64,000 nucleotides of DNA from Rhodocyclaceae bacterium (GTDB lineage: Bacteria; Pseudomonadota; Gammaproteobacteria; Burkholderiales; Rhodocyclaceae), in NCBI GenBank assembly GCA_016702335.1, contig JADJEF010000020.1, forward strand, positions 1,538,032 to 1,602,031, in the 5' to 3' direction. The notes below the pieces were generated by a model. It saw only the letters and a program-made list of their open reading frames with translations. It made no database searches and was not told the DNA's origin. Position 1 is the stretch's first letter; each line of letters begins with the position of its first letter. Of this stretch, positions 37,068 through 46,263 are shown in pieces. Both the position numbers and the translations under genes were made by a program.

Positions 37068-39203
37068 ATGATGTCCACCCGCATTGCGCTCGCCGTCGCC
37101 ACGGCTTGCACCAGCCTTTCCGCGTTCGCCGTCCATGTGGACGCCCCCCTCACCATTACCGTCACCGCCACGCGTGAAGCCAAGGCCATCGCCGAAACCC
37201 CGGCCAGCCTCAGCGCCGTCGATGGCGAAGCCATCCGCGAGCAACGCCCCACGCACCCCAGCCAGATCCTCAATCAGCTGCCCGGCGTCTGGCTGAGCAC
37301 GCTCTCGGGTGAGGGTCACTTCACCTCGATCCGTCACCCGCTGACCACCGGCGCGGTGTATCTGTATCTCGAAGACGGAATCCCGACACGCTCGACCGGC
37401 TTCTTCAACCACAATGCCCTGTACGAAATCAACGTGCCGCAAGCGGGCGGCATGGAAGTTTCGAAAGGGCCGGGCAGCGCGCTCTACGGCTCGGATGCCA
37501 TCGGCGGCACCATCAACGTGCTCACCCGCGCGCCGGACAAAAGCAATGGCGGCGAGCTGACGCTGGAAGCCGGCAGCCACGGCTGGCAACGCGCCCTGGG
37601 CAGTGCCAGCGTGCGTTGGGGAGACGCGGGCCGGGACGGCCTGCGCGCCAGCGTCAACCTGACACGCACCGACGGCTGGCAGGACGACGCCGGCTACGAC
37701 CGGCAGGCCGGCACCCTGCGCTGGGACCGCGCGCTGGGCGATGGGGCGAATCTCACCACCGTGCTCTCGTATTCGCACGTCGACCAGCAGCATGTCGGCA
37801 GCCTCAACCCGGCGCAACTGCGCGCCACGCCCGAGCACAACAACATTCCGTTTTCCTATCGCACGGTCGATGCCCTGCGCCTGTCCAGCACCTTTGAAAA
37901 GCACAGTGGCGAATGGCTGCTGAGCCTCACGCCCTACTACCGTGACAACCGCATGGAGATCATCCCCAGCTGGTCCGTCACCTACGACCCGAGCCAGTAC
38001 GTGAGTGCCAATGAGTCCTTCGGCCTGCTCGCCAAAGTGCGCCGCGATTTCGTGCCCATGCGTGCACAGCTGATCGCCGGCATCGACCTCGACCACAGCC
38101 CCGGCATGCGCAAGGAAGATTCGATCCGCCTCGCCTCGACCACCAATGCCTTCGGTGCCAGCGACTACACCCTCAACACCGCCACCGCGCCGGTGCGTAT
38201 CTACGACTACGACGTCACCTACCGGGGCATCTCGCCCTATCTGCACGGCGAGATTTCGCCCCTCGAACCGCTGCGCATTACCGCCGGCCTGCGCTACGAC
38301 CGCATGAGCTACGACTACGACAATCACATGGCCGACGCCGCCACACGCGGCGTGCTCACACCCGCCGGATTTCCCGCCGGCGGCTTCTACGGCCACGCGC
38401 CCAGCCAGAAGGTCAGCTACTCGCACCTTGGGCCCAAGCTGGGCGCGACCTGGCGTTTCAGCAAACAGCTGTCGGCCTTTGTGAATTACGCCAATTCCTT
38501 CCGCACGCCCTCCGAGAGCCAGGTGTTCCGGGGCAGCCGTGAATCGAATGCGCTGCGCGCGCAAACCCAGGCGCTCTCGCTCATTGAGCTCAAGCCCGTG
38601 GTGGTGGACAACGTCGAGACCGGCGTGCGCTTCGCCAATGGCCACTGGAGCGGCAGCCTCTCGGTCTATGACATGCACAAGTCGGACGACATTGTCAGCT
38701 ATCAGGACGCGACCTTGCAGCGGCGCACAGTCAATGCCGGCTCGACGCGCCATCGCGGTACCGAGCTGGCGCTGGGCTTGCGTTTCAACGACGACTGGCG
38801 GGCCGATCTGGCCTGGAGCAGCGCCCGCCACACCTATGAAAAATGGCTGATCTCGGGCACCACCGATTACAGCGGCAAGACCATGGAAGCCGCACCGCGC
38901 TACATGGGCCACCTGGCGCTGGCGTGGACGCCCGCGCTACTCAATGGCGGGCATGTGCGGCTGACCTGGCATCACATCGGTAGCTACTGGCATGACCCGG
39001 CCAATACCCAGAAGTACGATGGCCACACCCTGCTCGGCCTGCAAGTGCGTTACCCGGCCAGTGAGCACTGGGAGCTCTATGCCAATGCTGAAAATCTGGC
39101 CAACAAACGCTATGCCGATACCGTCGGCGGCACCGATGCCGCGCCCACCTATGGGGCCGGCCAGCCGCGTACCGTCACGGCCGGCGTGCAGTACCGTTTC
39201 TGA
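37068..39203 (+). CDS. TonB-dependent outer-membrane receptor (copper-locus associated)
   Basis: Signal peptide. Plug domain (GSALYGSDAIGGTINV). C-terminal ...GVQYRF beta-barrel terminus with terminal aromatic residue. Confidence 0.85.
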   Translation: MMSTRIALAVATACTSLSAFAVHVDAPLTITVTATREAKAIAETPASLSAVDGEAIREQRPTHPSQILNQLPGVWLSTLSGEGHFTSIRHPLTTGAVYLYLEDGIPTRSTGFFNHNALYEINVPQAGGMEVSKGPGSALYGSDAIGGTINVLTRAPDKSNGGELTLEAGSHGWQRALGSASVRWGDAGRDGLRASVNLTRTDGWQDDAGYDRQAGTLRWDRALGDGANLTTVLSYSHVDQQHVGSLNPAQLRATPEHNNIPFSYRTVDALRLSSTFEKHSGEWLLSLTPYYRDNRMEIIPSWSVTYDPSQYVSANESFGLLAKVRRDFVPMRAQLIAGIDLDHSPGMRKEDSIRLASTTNAFGASDYTLNTATAPVRIYDYDVTYRGISPYLHGEISPLEPLRITAGLRYDRMSYDYDNHMADAATRGVLTPAGFPAGGFYGHAPSQKVSYSHLGPKLGATWRFSKQLSAFVNYANSFRTPSESQVFRGSRESNALRAQTQALSLIELKPVVVDNVETGVRFANGHWSGSLSVYDMHKSDDIVSYQDATLQRRTVNAGSTRHRGTELALGLRFNDDWRADLAWSSARHTYEKWLISGTTDYSGKTMEAAPRYMGHLALAWTPALLNGGHVRLTWHHIGSYWHDPANTQKYDGHTLLGLQVRYPASEHWELYANAENLANKRYADTVGGTDAAPTYGAGQPRTVTAGVQYRF

Positions 39204-39213
39204 GGAATCCATC

Positions 39214-40419
39214 ATGAGAATTCTGCTTTTCTGTCTGAGCCTTTTTCTGGCCACGGCCGAGGCCCACGACATGAGTGCCCACTGGAAAACCCTGCACCAG
39301 ACAAGGGGCGGGCTGGCCACAGCGCTCGCCAGCGACAGCACCGGCGCGCTCTGGCGCGTCGAAGCGCGGGCCGGGCACCTGTGGGTGAGCCGGTCCACCG
39401 ACACGGGCAAGACTTTCAGCGCCCCGGTGCGGGTCAATGCCGAGCCGGAAACAGTGATGGCCGAAGGCCAGAACCGGCCGCAGATCGCCGTACTGGAGTC
39501 GTCCGGGCAGGCCCCGGTCGTGGTGGTAGCGTGGGTACGGGCGCGGGAAAAAGTGTTTGCCTCGGAGGTTCGCTTTGCTCGTTCGGTCGATGGCGGCGTC
39601 AGCTTCGAACCGGCGCGCACGCTCAATGACGACGGCCAGACCGACATTGGTCACAGCTTTGTCGCCCTCGCCGCACAAGGCGCGCAGCTGACTCTGGCGT
39701 GGATCGACGCCCGCGCATCGCACGCTGCCCGCACCGCCGCCGGCGGCAAGCGCGACGCCTATGCCGGTAGCGCCATTTTTGTTGTCGAGTCGCAGGACGC
39801 CGGCGCGAGCTTTGCGCCCAACCGCAAACTGGCCGACCACAGCTGCGAGTGCTGCCAGCTCTCGCTCGCCAGCCCGGCGACGGGGGCGCCACTGCTGCTC
39901 TGGCGACACATCTTCGAGGGCAAATTCCGCGACTTTGCCCTGGCCGATGTCAGCACCGGCGTGATCACCCGCGCCAGCAGCGACGGCTGGGCGATCACCG
40001 CCTGCCCGCACCATGGCGGTGATCTGGCCATTGCCGCCGACGGCCGCCAGCACTGGGTATGGTTCACCGGGGCGGCCGGCGCCCCCGGCCTGCACTATCG
40101 CCATCAGAGCGGCAATCAACTGTCCCCCGCGCAAGCCGTCGGCAATCTCGACGCGCAGGCGAGCTTTCCGGTCGTCTGGGCTGGCGGTGCGCCGAATGAA
40201 GTGCATCTGGCCTGGCGCGAATTTAGCGACGGCGCCTACGCGCTGCGTACTCGGCGCTCGCAGGACGGCGGTGTGAGCTGGTCAGCCGAGCGCACCGTCG
40301 CCAGCAGCCGCAACGCCGCCGACAACCCGCGCTTTGTGCGCGCCGCCCCGCGCCCGCTGCTGGCCTGGAACACGCAGGAGGAAGGCACGCGCGTGTTTGA
40401 TCTGGGGGTGCAGCCATGA
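39214..40419 (+). CDS. secreted BNR/Asp-box repeat protein (sialidase-like beta-propeller)
   Basis: RBS gaggaa. Signal peptide MRILLFCLSLFLATAEA. Asp-box STDTGKTFS. Confidence 0.7.
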   Translation: MRILLFCLSLFLATAEAHDMSAHWKTLHQTRGGLATALASDSTGALWRVEARAGHLWVSRSTDTGKTFSAPVRVNAEPETVMAEGQNRPQIAVLESSGQAPVVVVAWVRAREKVFASEVRFARSVDGGVSFEPARTLNDDGQTDIGHSFVALAAQGAQLTLAWIDARASHAARTAAGGKRDAYAGSAIFVVESQDAGASFAPNRKLADHSCECCQLSLASPATGAPLLLWRHIFEGKFRDFALADVSTGVITRASSDGWAITACPHHGGDLAIAADGRQHWVWFTGAAGAPGLHYRHQSGNQLSPAQAVGNLDAQASFPVVWAGGAPNEVHLAWREFSDGAYALRTRRSQDGGVSWSAERTVASSRNAADNPRFVRAAPRPLLAWNTQEEGTRVFDLGVQP

Positions 40420-40901
40420 GTCTGCTGCGCAAACTCCTCGGCCTGCTGGTGCTGGTCGCGGCCACGACCGCGTTCGCCAGTGCGCCGGTCAAGCCCTTTA
40501 CCACCGAGAGTTATGCCGCCATTCTCGCCGCGCACCGGGGCCAGCCGCTGGTCGTCGCCTTCTGGTCGCTGGACTGCGCCCATTGCCCGGGCTCGCTGGC
40601 CACACTGGCCAGGTTCGCCCGTGCCCATCCAAAGGTGTCGGTGGTACTGGTCGCCACCGACACCGGCGCAGACCCGGCGGCACTGGCCAGCCATGTGCGG
40701 CAGGCCGCTCTGGCGCAGGCCGAACAGTGGGTCTTCGCCGACCCGCTGCCCGAGCGCCTGCGCCTGAGCATCGACAGCCGCTGGTGGGGCGAACTGCCGC
40801 GCAGCTATCTGATCGCCGCCGACGGCACGCGCAGCGCCCATTCCGGCGTGTTAGACGCCGGGCAGCTGGCCCAGTGGCTGAGCGCGCAGCGGCAGCCCTG
40901 A
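40416..40901 (+). CDS. TlpA/ResA-like periplasmic thiol-disulfide oxidoreductase
   Basis: Signal peptide. Thioredoxin CxxC motif (WSLDCAHCP). Confidence 0.75.
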   Translation: MSLLRKLLGLLVLVAATTAFASAPVKPFTTESYAAILAAHRGQPLVVAFWSLDCAHCPGSLATLARFARAHPKVSVVLVATDTGADPAALASHVRQAALAQAEQWVFADPLPERLRLSIDSRWWGELPRSYLIAADGTRSAHSGVLDAGQLAQWLSAQRQP

Positions 40902-41272
40902 TGCAGCAAGCCCGGCGCGCCCGGTGCAACGCCAGCGCCAGCCGCTGGCTGCTGGCGCTCGGACTGCTGGTGATACTGATGCAGGCCACGGCGCGGTGGC
41001 CGCAGGCACGCACCGTGTCGCTGCAGATGACGCAGGTATGCACCGCGCACGGCATGGTGTCGGTAGTGCTGCCGGGTCCACCGGCACAGAGCGCGCCGGG
41101 CGCGCACGAGTGCTGTCGCGACTGTGTGCTGAACACCCCCGCGCCCCCGGCGCTGCACGCAATCGCCGTCCCGCCAGCGCCGACTTGGGGGCTTTTATCC
41201 AGCGCGGTCAGTACATCGATCACGCCGCCCCGCTACCTGCGCCACCCGGCGCGCGCGCCGCCGCACGCCTGA
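40901..41272 (+). CDS. DUF2946-like protein (paralog 3)
   Basis: Start overlaps the upstream stop (TGATG). HECCRDC motif. C-terminal IAVPPAPTWG...PPRYLRHPARAPP tail. Confidence 0.55.
   Translation: MQQARRARCNASASRWLLALGLLVILMQATARWPQARTVSLQMTQVCTAHGMVSVVLPGPPAQSAPGAHECCRDCVLNTPAPPALHAIAVPPAPTWGLLSSAVSTSITPPRYLRHPARAPPHA
41164..41190 (+). repeat. dispersed element copy 7
   Basis: CGCCGTcccgCCAGCGCCGACTTGGGG. In-frame in DUF2946 paralog 3 (IAVPPAPTWG). Confidence 0.85.
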
Positions 41273-41394
41273 GCCTTTTCCGGCCTTTTGGCTGTCCTGT
41301 TGTCTGCTCTGTGCGCGCACCGCGCGGTGCGTATGCATACGCGTATCCGCCTGCCGGCGGCGCTCCCCTGATCTTTTTCGGAAAGTCTTCTGTC

Positions 41395-43593
41395 ATGAAA
41401 CGCAAACTGCTCTGCACCGCCCTGGCGGCGCTGCCCCTGATCACTCTGGCCGACGAGGCCAGTCTCGCCACCATTGTCATTACCGGCCGGTCCGCTGAGC
41501 CGGCGACCGCCGGCAGCATCGGCCCCCGCCAGCTGCGCGCCCAGCAGGCCGCGACCTCGGATACCGCCAGTCTGCTCAAGGATGTACCCGGCGTCAGCCT
41601 CTATGGGGCCGGCGGCGCGTCCAGCCTGCCGGTGATCCACGGCCTTGCCGACGACCGCCTGCGCATCAAGGTTGACGGCATGGATCTGGTGGCCTCCTGC
41701 CCCAACCACATGAACCCGGCGCTCTCTTACCTCGACCCGAGCAATGTCGCCAAGCTCAAGGTCTATGCCGGCATCGCGCCGGTGAGTGTGGGCGGCGACA
41801 GCATCGGCGGGACGATCCTTGCCGAAACGCCGGCGCCCGAATTTGCCACGGCCGCTGCACCGAGCTTGTTCAAGGGCGAGATTGGCGGCTTTTATCGCAG
41901 CAATGGCGGCGCGACCGGGGGCAATCTCTCGGCCACGGCGGCCACTGAAACGTTCAGCCTGAGCTATTCCGGGTCCATCGCCAAGTCGGACAACTACGAA
42001 GCGGGCGGAAAGTTCAAGACCCGCACCGACACCGGCCGCACCGGCCACAGCCTCGATCTTGATGAGGTCGGCTCCACGGCCTACGAGACGCGCAATCAGA
42101 CGCTGGGCATTGCGTTCAAGAATGGCCAGCATTTGCTGGAAGCCAAGCTTGGGCGGCAGGACGTGCCCGAGCAGCTGTTCCCCAATCAGCGCATGGACAT
42201 GCTGAAGAACACGCAGGATCGCCTGAATCTGCGCTATGCCGGTGAGTTCGCCTGGGGGGCGCTGGAGGCGCGGGTGTATCAGGAAAAAGTCGATCACTTC
42301 ATGGATTTCGGCGCCGACAAGCAGTTCCAGTACGGCACCGCGCCGGGCATGCCCATGAACACCGTAAGCAAAACCACCGGCCTCAGTATTAATGCCAACC
42401 TCGACCTGCGCGCCGGCAACCAGCTGCGCCTGGGCACGGAATTCCAGCACTACGCGCTGAACGACTGGTGGCCGCCCTCGGGCACGGGCATGATGTCGCC
42501 CAATGCCTTCATCAACATCAATGACGGCCAGCGCAACCGCAGTGCTGTCTTTGGCGAGTGGGAACAGCGCGCCTCGGCGCAGTGGCTGAGCGTGCTCGGG
42601 CTGCGCTACGAGCACGTCAGCACCGATGCCAGCAATGTCGCCGGCTATGCCGCCACCAATATGATGGGCTCGAACCAGCTGCGCGACAGCACGGCCTTCA
42701 ACGCCCGGGATCGCAGCAAAACCGACCACAACTGGGACCTGACGGCCCTGGCTCGCTATACGGCCAGCGCCACCTACGACATCGAATTCGGCGTAGCACG
42801 CAAGACCCGCTCGCCCAATCTCTATGAGCGTTATACCTGGTCGACCTGGGGCATGGCGGCGATCATGAACAACTTCAATGGCGACGGCAACGGCTATCTG
42901 GGCGATGTTGAGCTCAAACCCGAGGTAGCTCACACCGCCAGCGCTACCTTCGACTGGCACGCCGCCGATCGCAACTGGGGGTTCAAGGCCACGCCGTACT
43001 ACACGCGCGTTGCCGACTATATCGATGCCGTGCAATGGGACGGCACCAGCAACGTCGCCGACACCACGCCCGCTGTCGGGGCGTTCTCGGTGCTGAAGTA
43101 TCGCAATCAGTCGGCGCGCCTTTACGGGCTCGACCTTTCCGGCCATCTGCCACTGGCCACGACCGCGCTGGGCGAATTCGGCCTGAAAGGCGTGTTGAAC
43201 TACGTCAATGGCAAGAACCGCGACACCGGCGATGACCTGTACAACATCATGCCACTCAACACCCGACTGACCCTGACCCAAACGCTGGGCAACTGGTCCA
43301 ACAGTGCCGAGCTGGTCACGGTGAAGTCCAAAAATCACGTCTCGGATGTGCGCAACGAAATCGCCACCGGCGGCTACAGCCTGATCAACCTGCGCGCGAG
43401 CTACGCATGGGCCAAGGCGCGCATTGATGTCGGCGTGGAAAACCTGTTTGACAAGCGCTACGACCTGCCGCTGGGCGGCGCCTATGTCGGCCAGGGCAGC
43501 ACCATGTCCACCAACACCGCCAACCTGCCCTGGGGTATTGCGGTTCCCGGTGCCGGACGGTCGCTCTACGCGGGCTTCAACCTGAAGTTCTGA
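41395..43593 (+). CDS. TonB-dependent outer-membrane receptor (OprC/NosA-like candidate copper receptor)
   Basis: Signal peptide MKRKLLCTALAALPLITLA. Plug domain. Ends ...GFNLKF. Confidence 0.85.
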   Translation: MKRKLLCTALAALPLITLADEASLATIVITGRSAEPATAGSIGPRQLRAQQAATSDTASLLKDVPGVSLYGAGGASSLPVIHGLADDRLRIKVDGMDLVASCPNHMNPALSYLDPSNVAKLKVYAGIAPVSVGGDSIGGTILAETPAPEFATAAAPSLFKGEIGGFYRSNGGATGGNLSATAATETFSLSYSGSIAKSDNYEAGGKFKTRTDTGRTGHSLDLDEVGSTAYETRNQTLGIAFKNGQHLLEAKLGRQDVPEQLFPNQRMDMLKNTQDRLNLRYAGEFAWGALEARVYQEKVDHFMDFGADKQFQYGTAPGMPMNTVSKTTGLSINANLDLRAGNQLRLGTEFQHYALNDWWPPSGTGMMSPNAFININDGQRNRSAVFGEWEQRASAQWLSVLGLRYEHVSTDASNVAGYAATNMMGSNQLRDSTAFNARDRSKTDHNWDLTALARYTASATYDIEFGVARKTRSPNLYERYTWSTWGMAAIMNNFNGDGNGYLGDVELKPEVAHTASATFDWHAADRNWGFKATPYYTRVADYIDAVQWDGTSNVADTTPAVGAFSVLKYRNQSARLYGLDLSGHLPLATTALGEFGLKGVLNYVNGKNRDTGDDLYNIMPLNTRLTLTQTLGNWSNSAELVTVKSKNHVSDVRNEIATGGYSLINLRASYAWAKARIDVGVENLFDKRYDLPLGGAYVGQGSTMSTNTANLPWGIAVPGAGRSLYAGFNLKF

Positions 43594-43636
43594 CCTGAAA
43601 TGCGGCGATCGGGACGAAGCCGTGACTCGCCCCGAT

Positions 43637-43663
43637 CGCCGTTTCACCAGCGCCGACTTGCGG
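43637..43663 (+). repeat. dispersed element copy 8
   Basis: CGCCGTttcaCCAGCGCCGACTTGCGG. Intergenic, between the TonB-dependent receptor stop and the GGDEF-EAL gene start. Confidence 0.85.
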
Positions 43664-43710
43664 GCCCGGACTGTCATCCTGCGGCAAGACAGCCGGTTCA
43701 TACTACGGGC

Positions 43711-45627
43711 ATGAACGTGTTGCCGACCCAGCTCCAAACCGCGCAAGGCCTACCCTCTGCCCCGACCGATCTGGCGACCTGGCGCCAGCGCCTGCTGGAG
43801 CGCCTGCTTGGCGTCATCATTGTCGCGGGCTGGCTGGTCGCCCTGCCCAGCATTGCCCTGGCGGTTTATGAGCGGCTCTGGCCGCTGGTCGTCGTCGACG
43901 TGGTCGCGCTGGGCTGGCTCTCCCTGATTTACCGCAAGCGCCAGTGGGACTACCGCTGGCGCACCTGGCAGTTGCTCGCCCTGCTTTATCTGATCAGCGT
44001 CGTCCTGCTGCTGACCATCGGCCATGCCAGCCAGATCTACCTGATGGCACTGCCCGTATTGGCCGTGCTGTTGCTCTCGCTGCGCGCGGCCATCGGCTGT
44101 CTGGTGCTCAACGCGCTGACCCTGGCGCTGGTGGGCACGCTGCTCCAGGTCGACAGCGGCATGGCGGCACTGGGCGAGAACCCGCTGCTGCGCTGGGGGG
44201 CGATCACGCTCAATTTTCTGCTTATCGACACGGCCCTCACCATTGCCTGCGCCTTTCTACTGCACGGCATGGAGCGCGCCCTGGCCGAGCAGCAGGCCAA
44301 TGCCCGGCTGCTCGAACATCAGGCCATGCACGACACCCTGACCGGGCTGGCCAACCGCCGCCTGCTCGACGACCGTGTGCATCAGGCCATTGCCCAGGCC
44401 CAGCGTCAGGGCGGCGTGGTCGGACTGGTGTTGCTCGATCTGGATCACTTCAAGCTCGTCAACGACGGCCACGGCCACGAACTCGGTGACGCGCTCATCG
44501 TCGCCTGCGCACAGCGGCTGACCGCCGCCGCGCGCGCCGGCGACACCGTCGCCCGCTTTGGCGGCGACGAGTTTGTCGTGGTGCTCACCGGCCTGCGCAC
44601 GGAAAGCGAATTGCCGGGGGCCATCGAACGCCTGCATGGCGCCATTGGCGGCCGCTACGAATTACCCGGCCATGAGCTGCATGTCGGCACCAGTATGGGC
44701 GTGGCGGTGTACCCGCGTGACGGCGCCGACGCCACCAGCCTGATCAAGAGCGCCGACACCGCGATGTATCGGGCCAAGGAAAAGGGGCGCGACGGCTTCC
44801 AGTTTTTCCAGGCAGAAATGAACGATCGGCTGGCGCAGCGTTTGCAGCTGGAGAACGCCCTGCGCGACGCCCTTGAGCGTGATCAGCTGCGCCTGCATTT
44901 CCAGCCCCGCGTGGGTGCATCCGACGGCCGGCCGCGCGGTGGCGAGGCCCTGCTGCGCTGGCACCACCCCGAGCTGGGCCTGATCAGCCCGGCGCAGTTC
45001 ATCCCCATCGCCGAGGAAACCGGGCTGATCGTGCCCATCGGCGAATGGGTGGTGCGCACCGCCGCCGAGCATCTGGCGCAGTGGCAGCAGGAGTTTCCGG
45101 TCATGTGCCTGAGCGTCAATATTTCGCCCCGGCAGTTTCGCGCTGCCGGGCTGGAGCCGGCGATCCGTGCCGCCTGCGCGCGCGTCGCGCCGGGCACCCT
45201 GGAAGTGGAGATCACCGAGAGCCTGGTCATGCATCAGCCCGATGCCGCCTTCAGCCTGTTGCGCCAGTGGCGTGCGCTGGGTGTTGGTGTGGCCATGGAC
45301 GATTTCGGTACCGGCTTTTCCAGCCTGGCGCGGCTGAAGTCCTTTCCGCTCGATGTGCTCAAGATCGATCAGTCGTTTGTGCGCGGCATCGGGCAGGACG
45401 CCTCCGATGCCGCCATCGTCAAGACCATTGTCGACCTGGCCGGGAACCTCGGGCTGACCACCGTCGCCGAGGGCGTGGAGACGGACGGGCAGGCGAGCAT
45501 TTTGCGCAAACTCGGCGTGCATGAGTTGCAGGGCTATCTGCTGGCGCGGCCGATGCCGGCGGACGACTACCTGGCCTGGTGGCGGGCACAGGCCGCCGCC
45601 CCAAGTGGCGGACACGTGGCAGAATAA
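43711..45627 (+). CDS. membrane-anchored GGDEF-EAL (diguanylate cyclase/phosphodiesterase) protein
   Basis: N-terminal multi-TM sensor domain. RFGGDEF motif. EAL-type domain (EVEITES...DDFGTG...KIDQSF). Confidence 0.85.
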   Translation: MNVLPTQLQTAQGLPSAPTDLATWRQRLLERLLGVIIVAGWLVALPSIALAVYERLWPLVVVDVVALGWLSLIYRKRQWDYRWRTWQLLALLYLISVVLLLTIGHASQIYLMALPVLAVLLLSLRAAIGCLVLNALTLALVGTLLQVDSGMAALGENPLLRWGAITLNFLLIDTALTIACAFLLHGMERALAEQQANARLLEHQAMHDTLTGLANRRLLDDRVHQAIAQAQRQGGVVGLVLLDLDHFKLVNDGHGHELGDALIVACAQRLTAAARAGDTVARFGGDEFVVVLTGLRTESELPGAIERLHGAIGGRYELPGHELHVGTSMGVAVYPRDGADATSLIKSADTAMYRAKEKGRDGFQFFQAEMNDRLAQRLQLENALRDALERDQLRLHFQPRVGASDGRPRGGEALLRWHHPELGLISPAQFIPIAEETGLIVPIGEWVVRTAAEHLAQWQQEFPVMCLSVNISPRQFRAAGLEPAIRAACARVAPGTLEVEITESLVMHQPDAAFSLLRQWRALGVGVAMDDFGTGFSSLARLKSFPLDVLKIDQSFVRGIGQDASDAAIVKTIVDLAGNLGLTTVAEGVETDGQASILRKLGVHELQGYLLARPMPADDYLAWWRAQAAAPSGGHVAE

Positions 45628-45708
45628 AGCCGTACGCGCCGCTCTTCGGTGGCCGGCGCATGCACTGCCCCTGACTATCCACGCTAGCCACCCCTCCGGG
45701 AGAACCTC

Positions 45709-46152
45709 ATGGATCGACGCGACACTCTGCTCGCCCTTGCCGGCGCCGGCCTGCTGGCCGCCAGCGGCAGCGCGGCTGCCAGCAACCACCAGCATCATGG
45801 CCACCACGGTCACAGCATGGCCCTGCACGACGCGCTGATCGCAGCGGCGAGCAAATGTGTGAGTACCGGTGAAGCCTGCCTGGCCCACTGTCTGGTGCTG
45901 CTCGCCGATGGCGACAAGGCCATGGCCGAGTGCGCCCAGTCGGTCAATGAAACCCTGGCTATCTGCGGCGCGCTGCGCAGCCTCGCCGGCCAGCAGTCGA
46001 ATCACACGCCGGCCATGGCCAAGGTCGCGCTCGATGCTTGCCTCGAGTGCGAAAAGGAATGCAAGAAGCATGCCGACAAGCACGCCGAATGCAAGGCCTG
46101 TATGGAGGCCTGCGCCGACTGCGCCAGGGAGTGCAAGAAGCTGATCGGCTGA
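45709..46152 (+). CDS. Tat-exported four-helix-bundle Cys-rich copper-storage protein (Csp1-like, DUF326)
   Basis: Twin-arginine signal MDRRDTLLALAGAGLLAASGSAAA. His-rich stretch. Multiple CxxxC pairs on predicted helices. Confidence 0.7.
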   Translation: MDRRDTLLALAGAGLLAASGSAAASNHQHHGHHGHSMALHDALIAAASKCVSTGEACLAHCLVLLADGDKAMAECAQSVNETLAICGALRSLAGQQSNHTPAMAKVALDACLECEKECKKHADKHAECKACMEACADCARECKKLIG

Positions 46153-46189
46153 ACCAAACCGGCGCTGATCCGTCGCCGGTGCGTGACAG

Positions 46190-46216
46190 CGCCGTGTCAC
46201 CAGCGCCGACTTGGGG
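46190..46216 (+). repeat. dispersed element copy 9
   Basis: CGCCGTgtcaCCAGCGCCGACTTGGGG. Intergenic, between the convergent csp-like and fbpA genes. Confidence 0.85.
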
Positions 46217-46263
46217 TAGCCGCCTGAACCTCGCCGGCGAGGCGGCACCCGCAGGCCGCGTGC

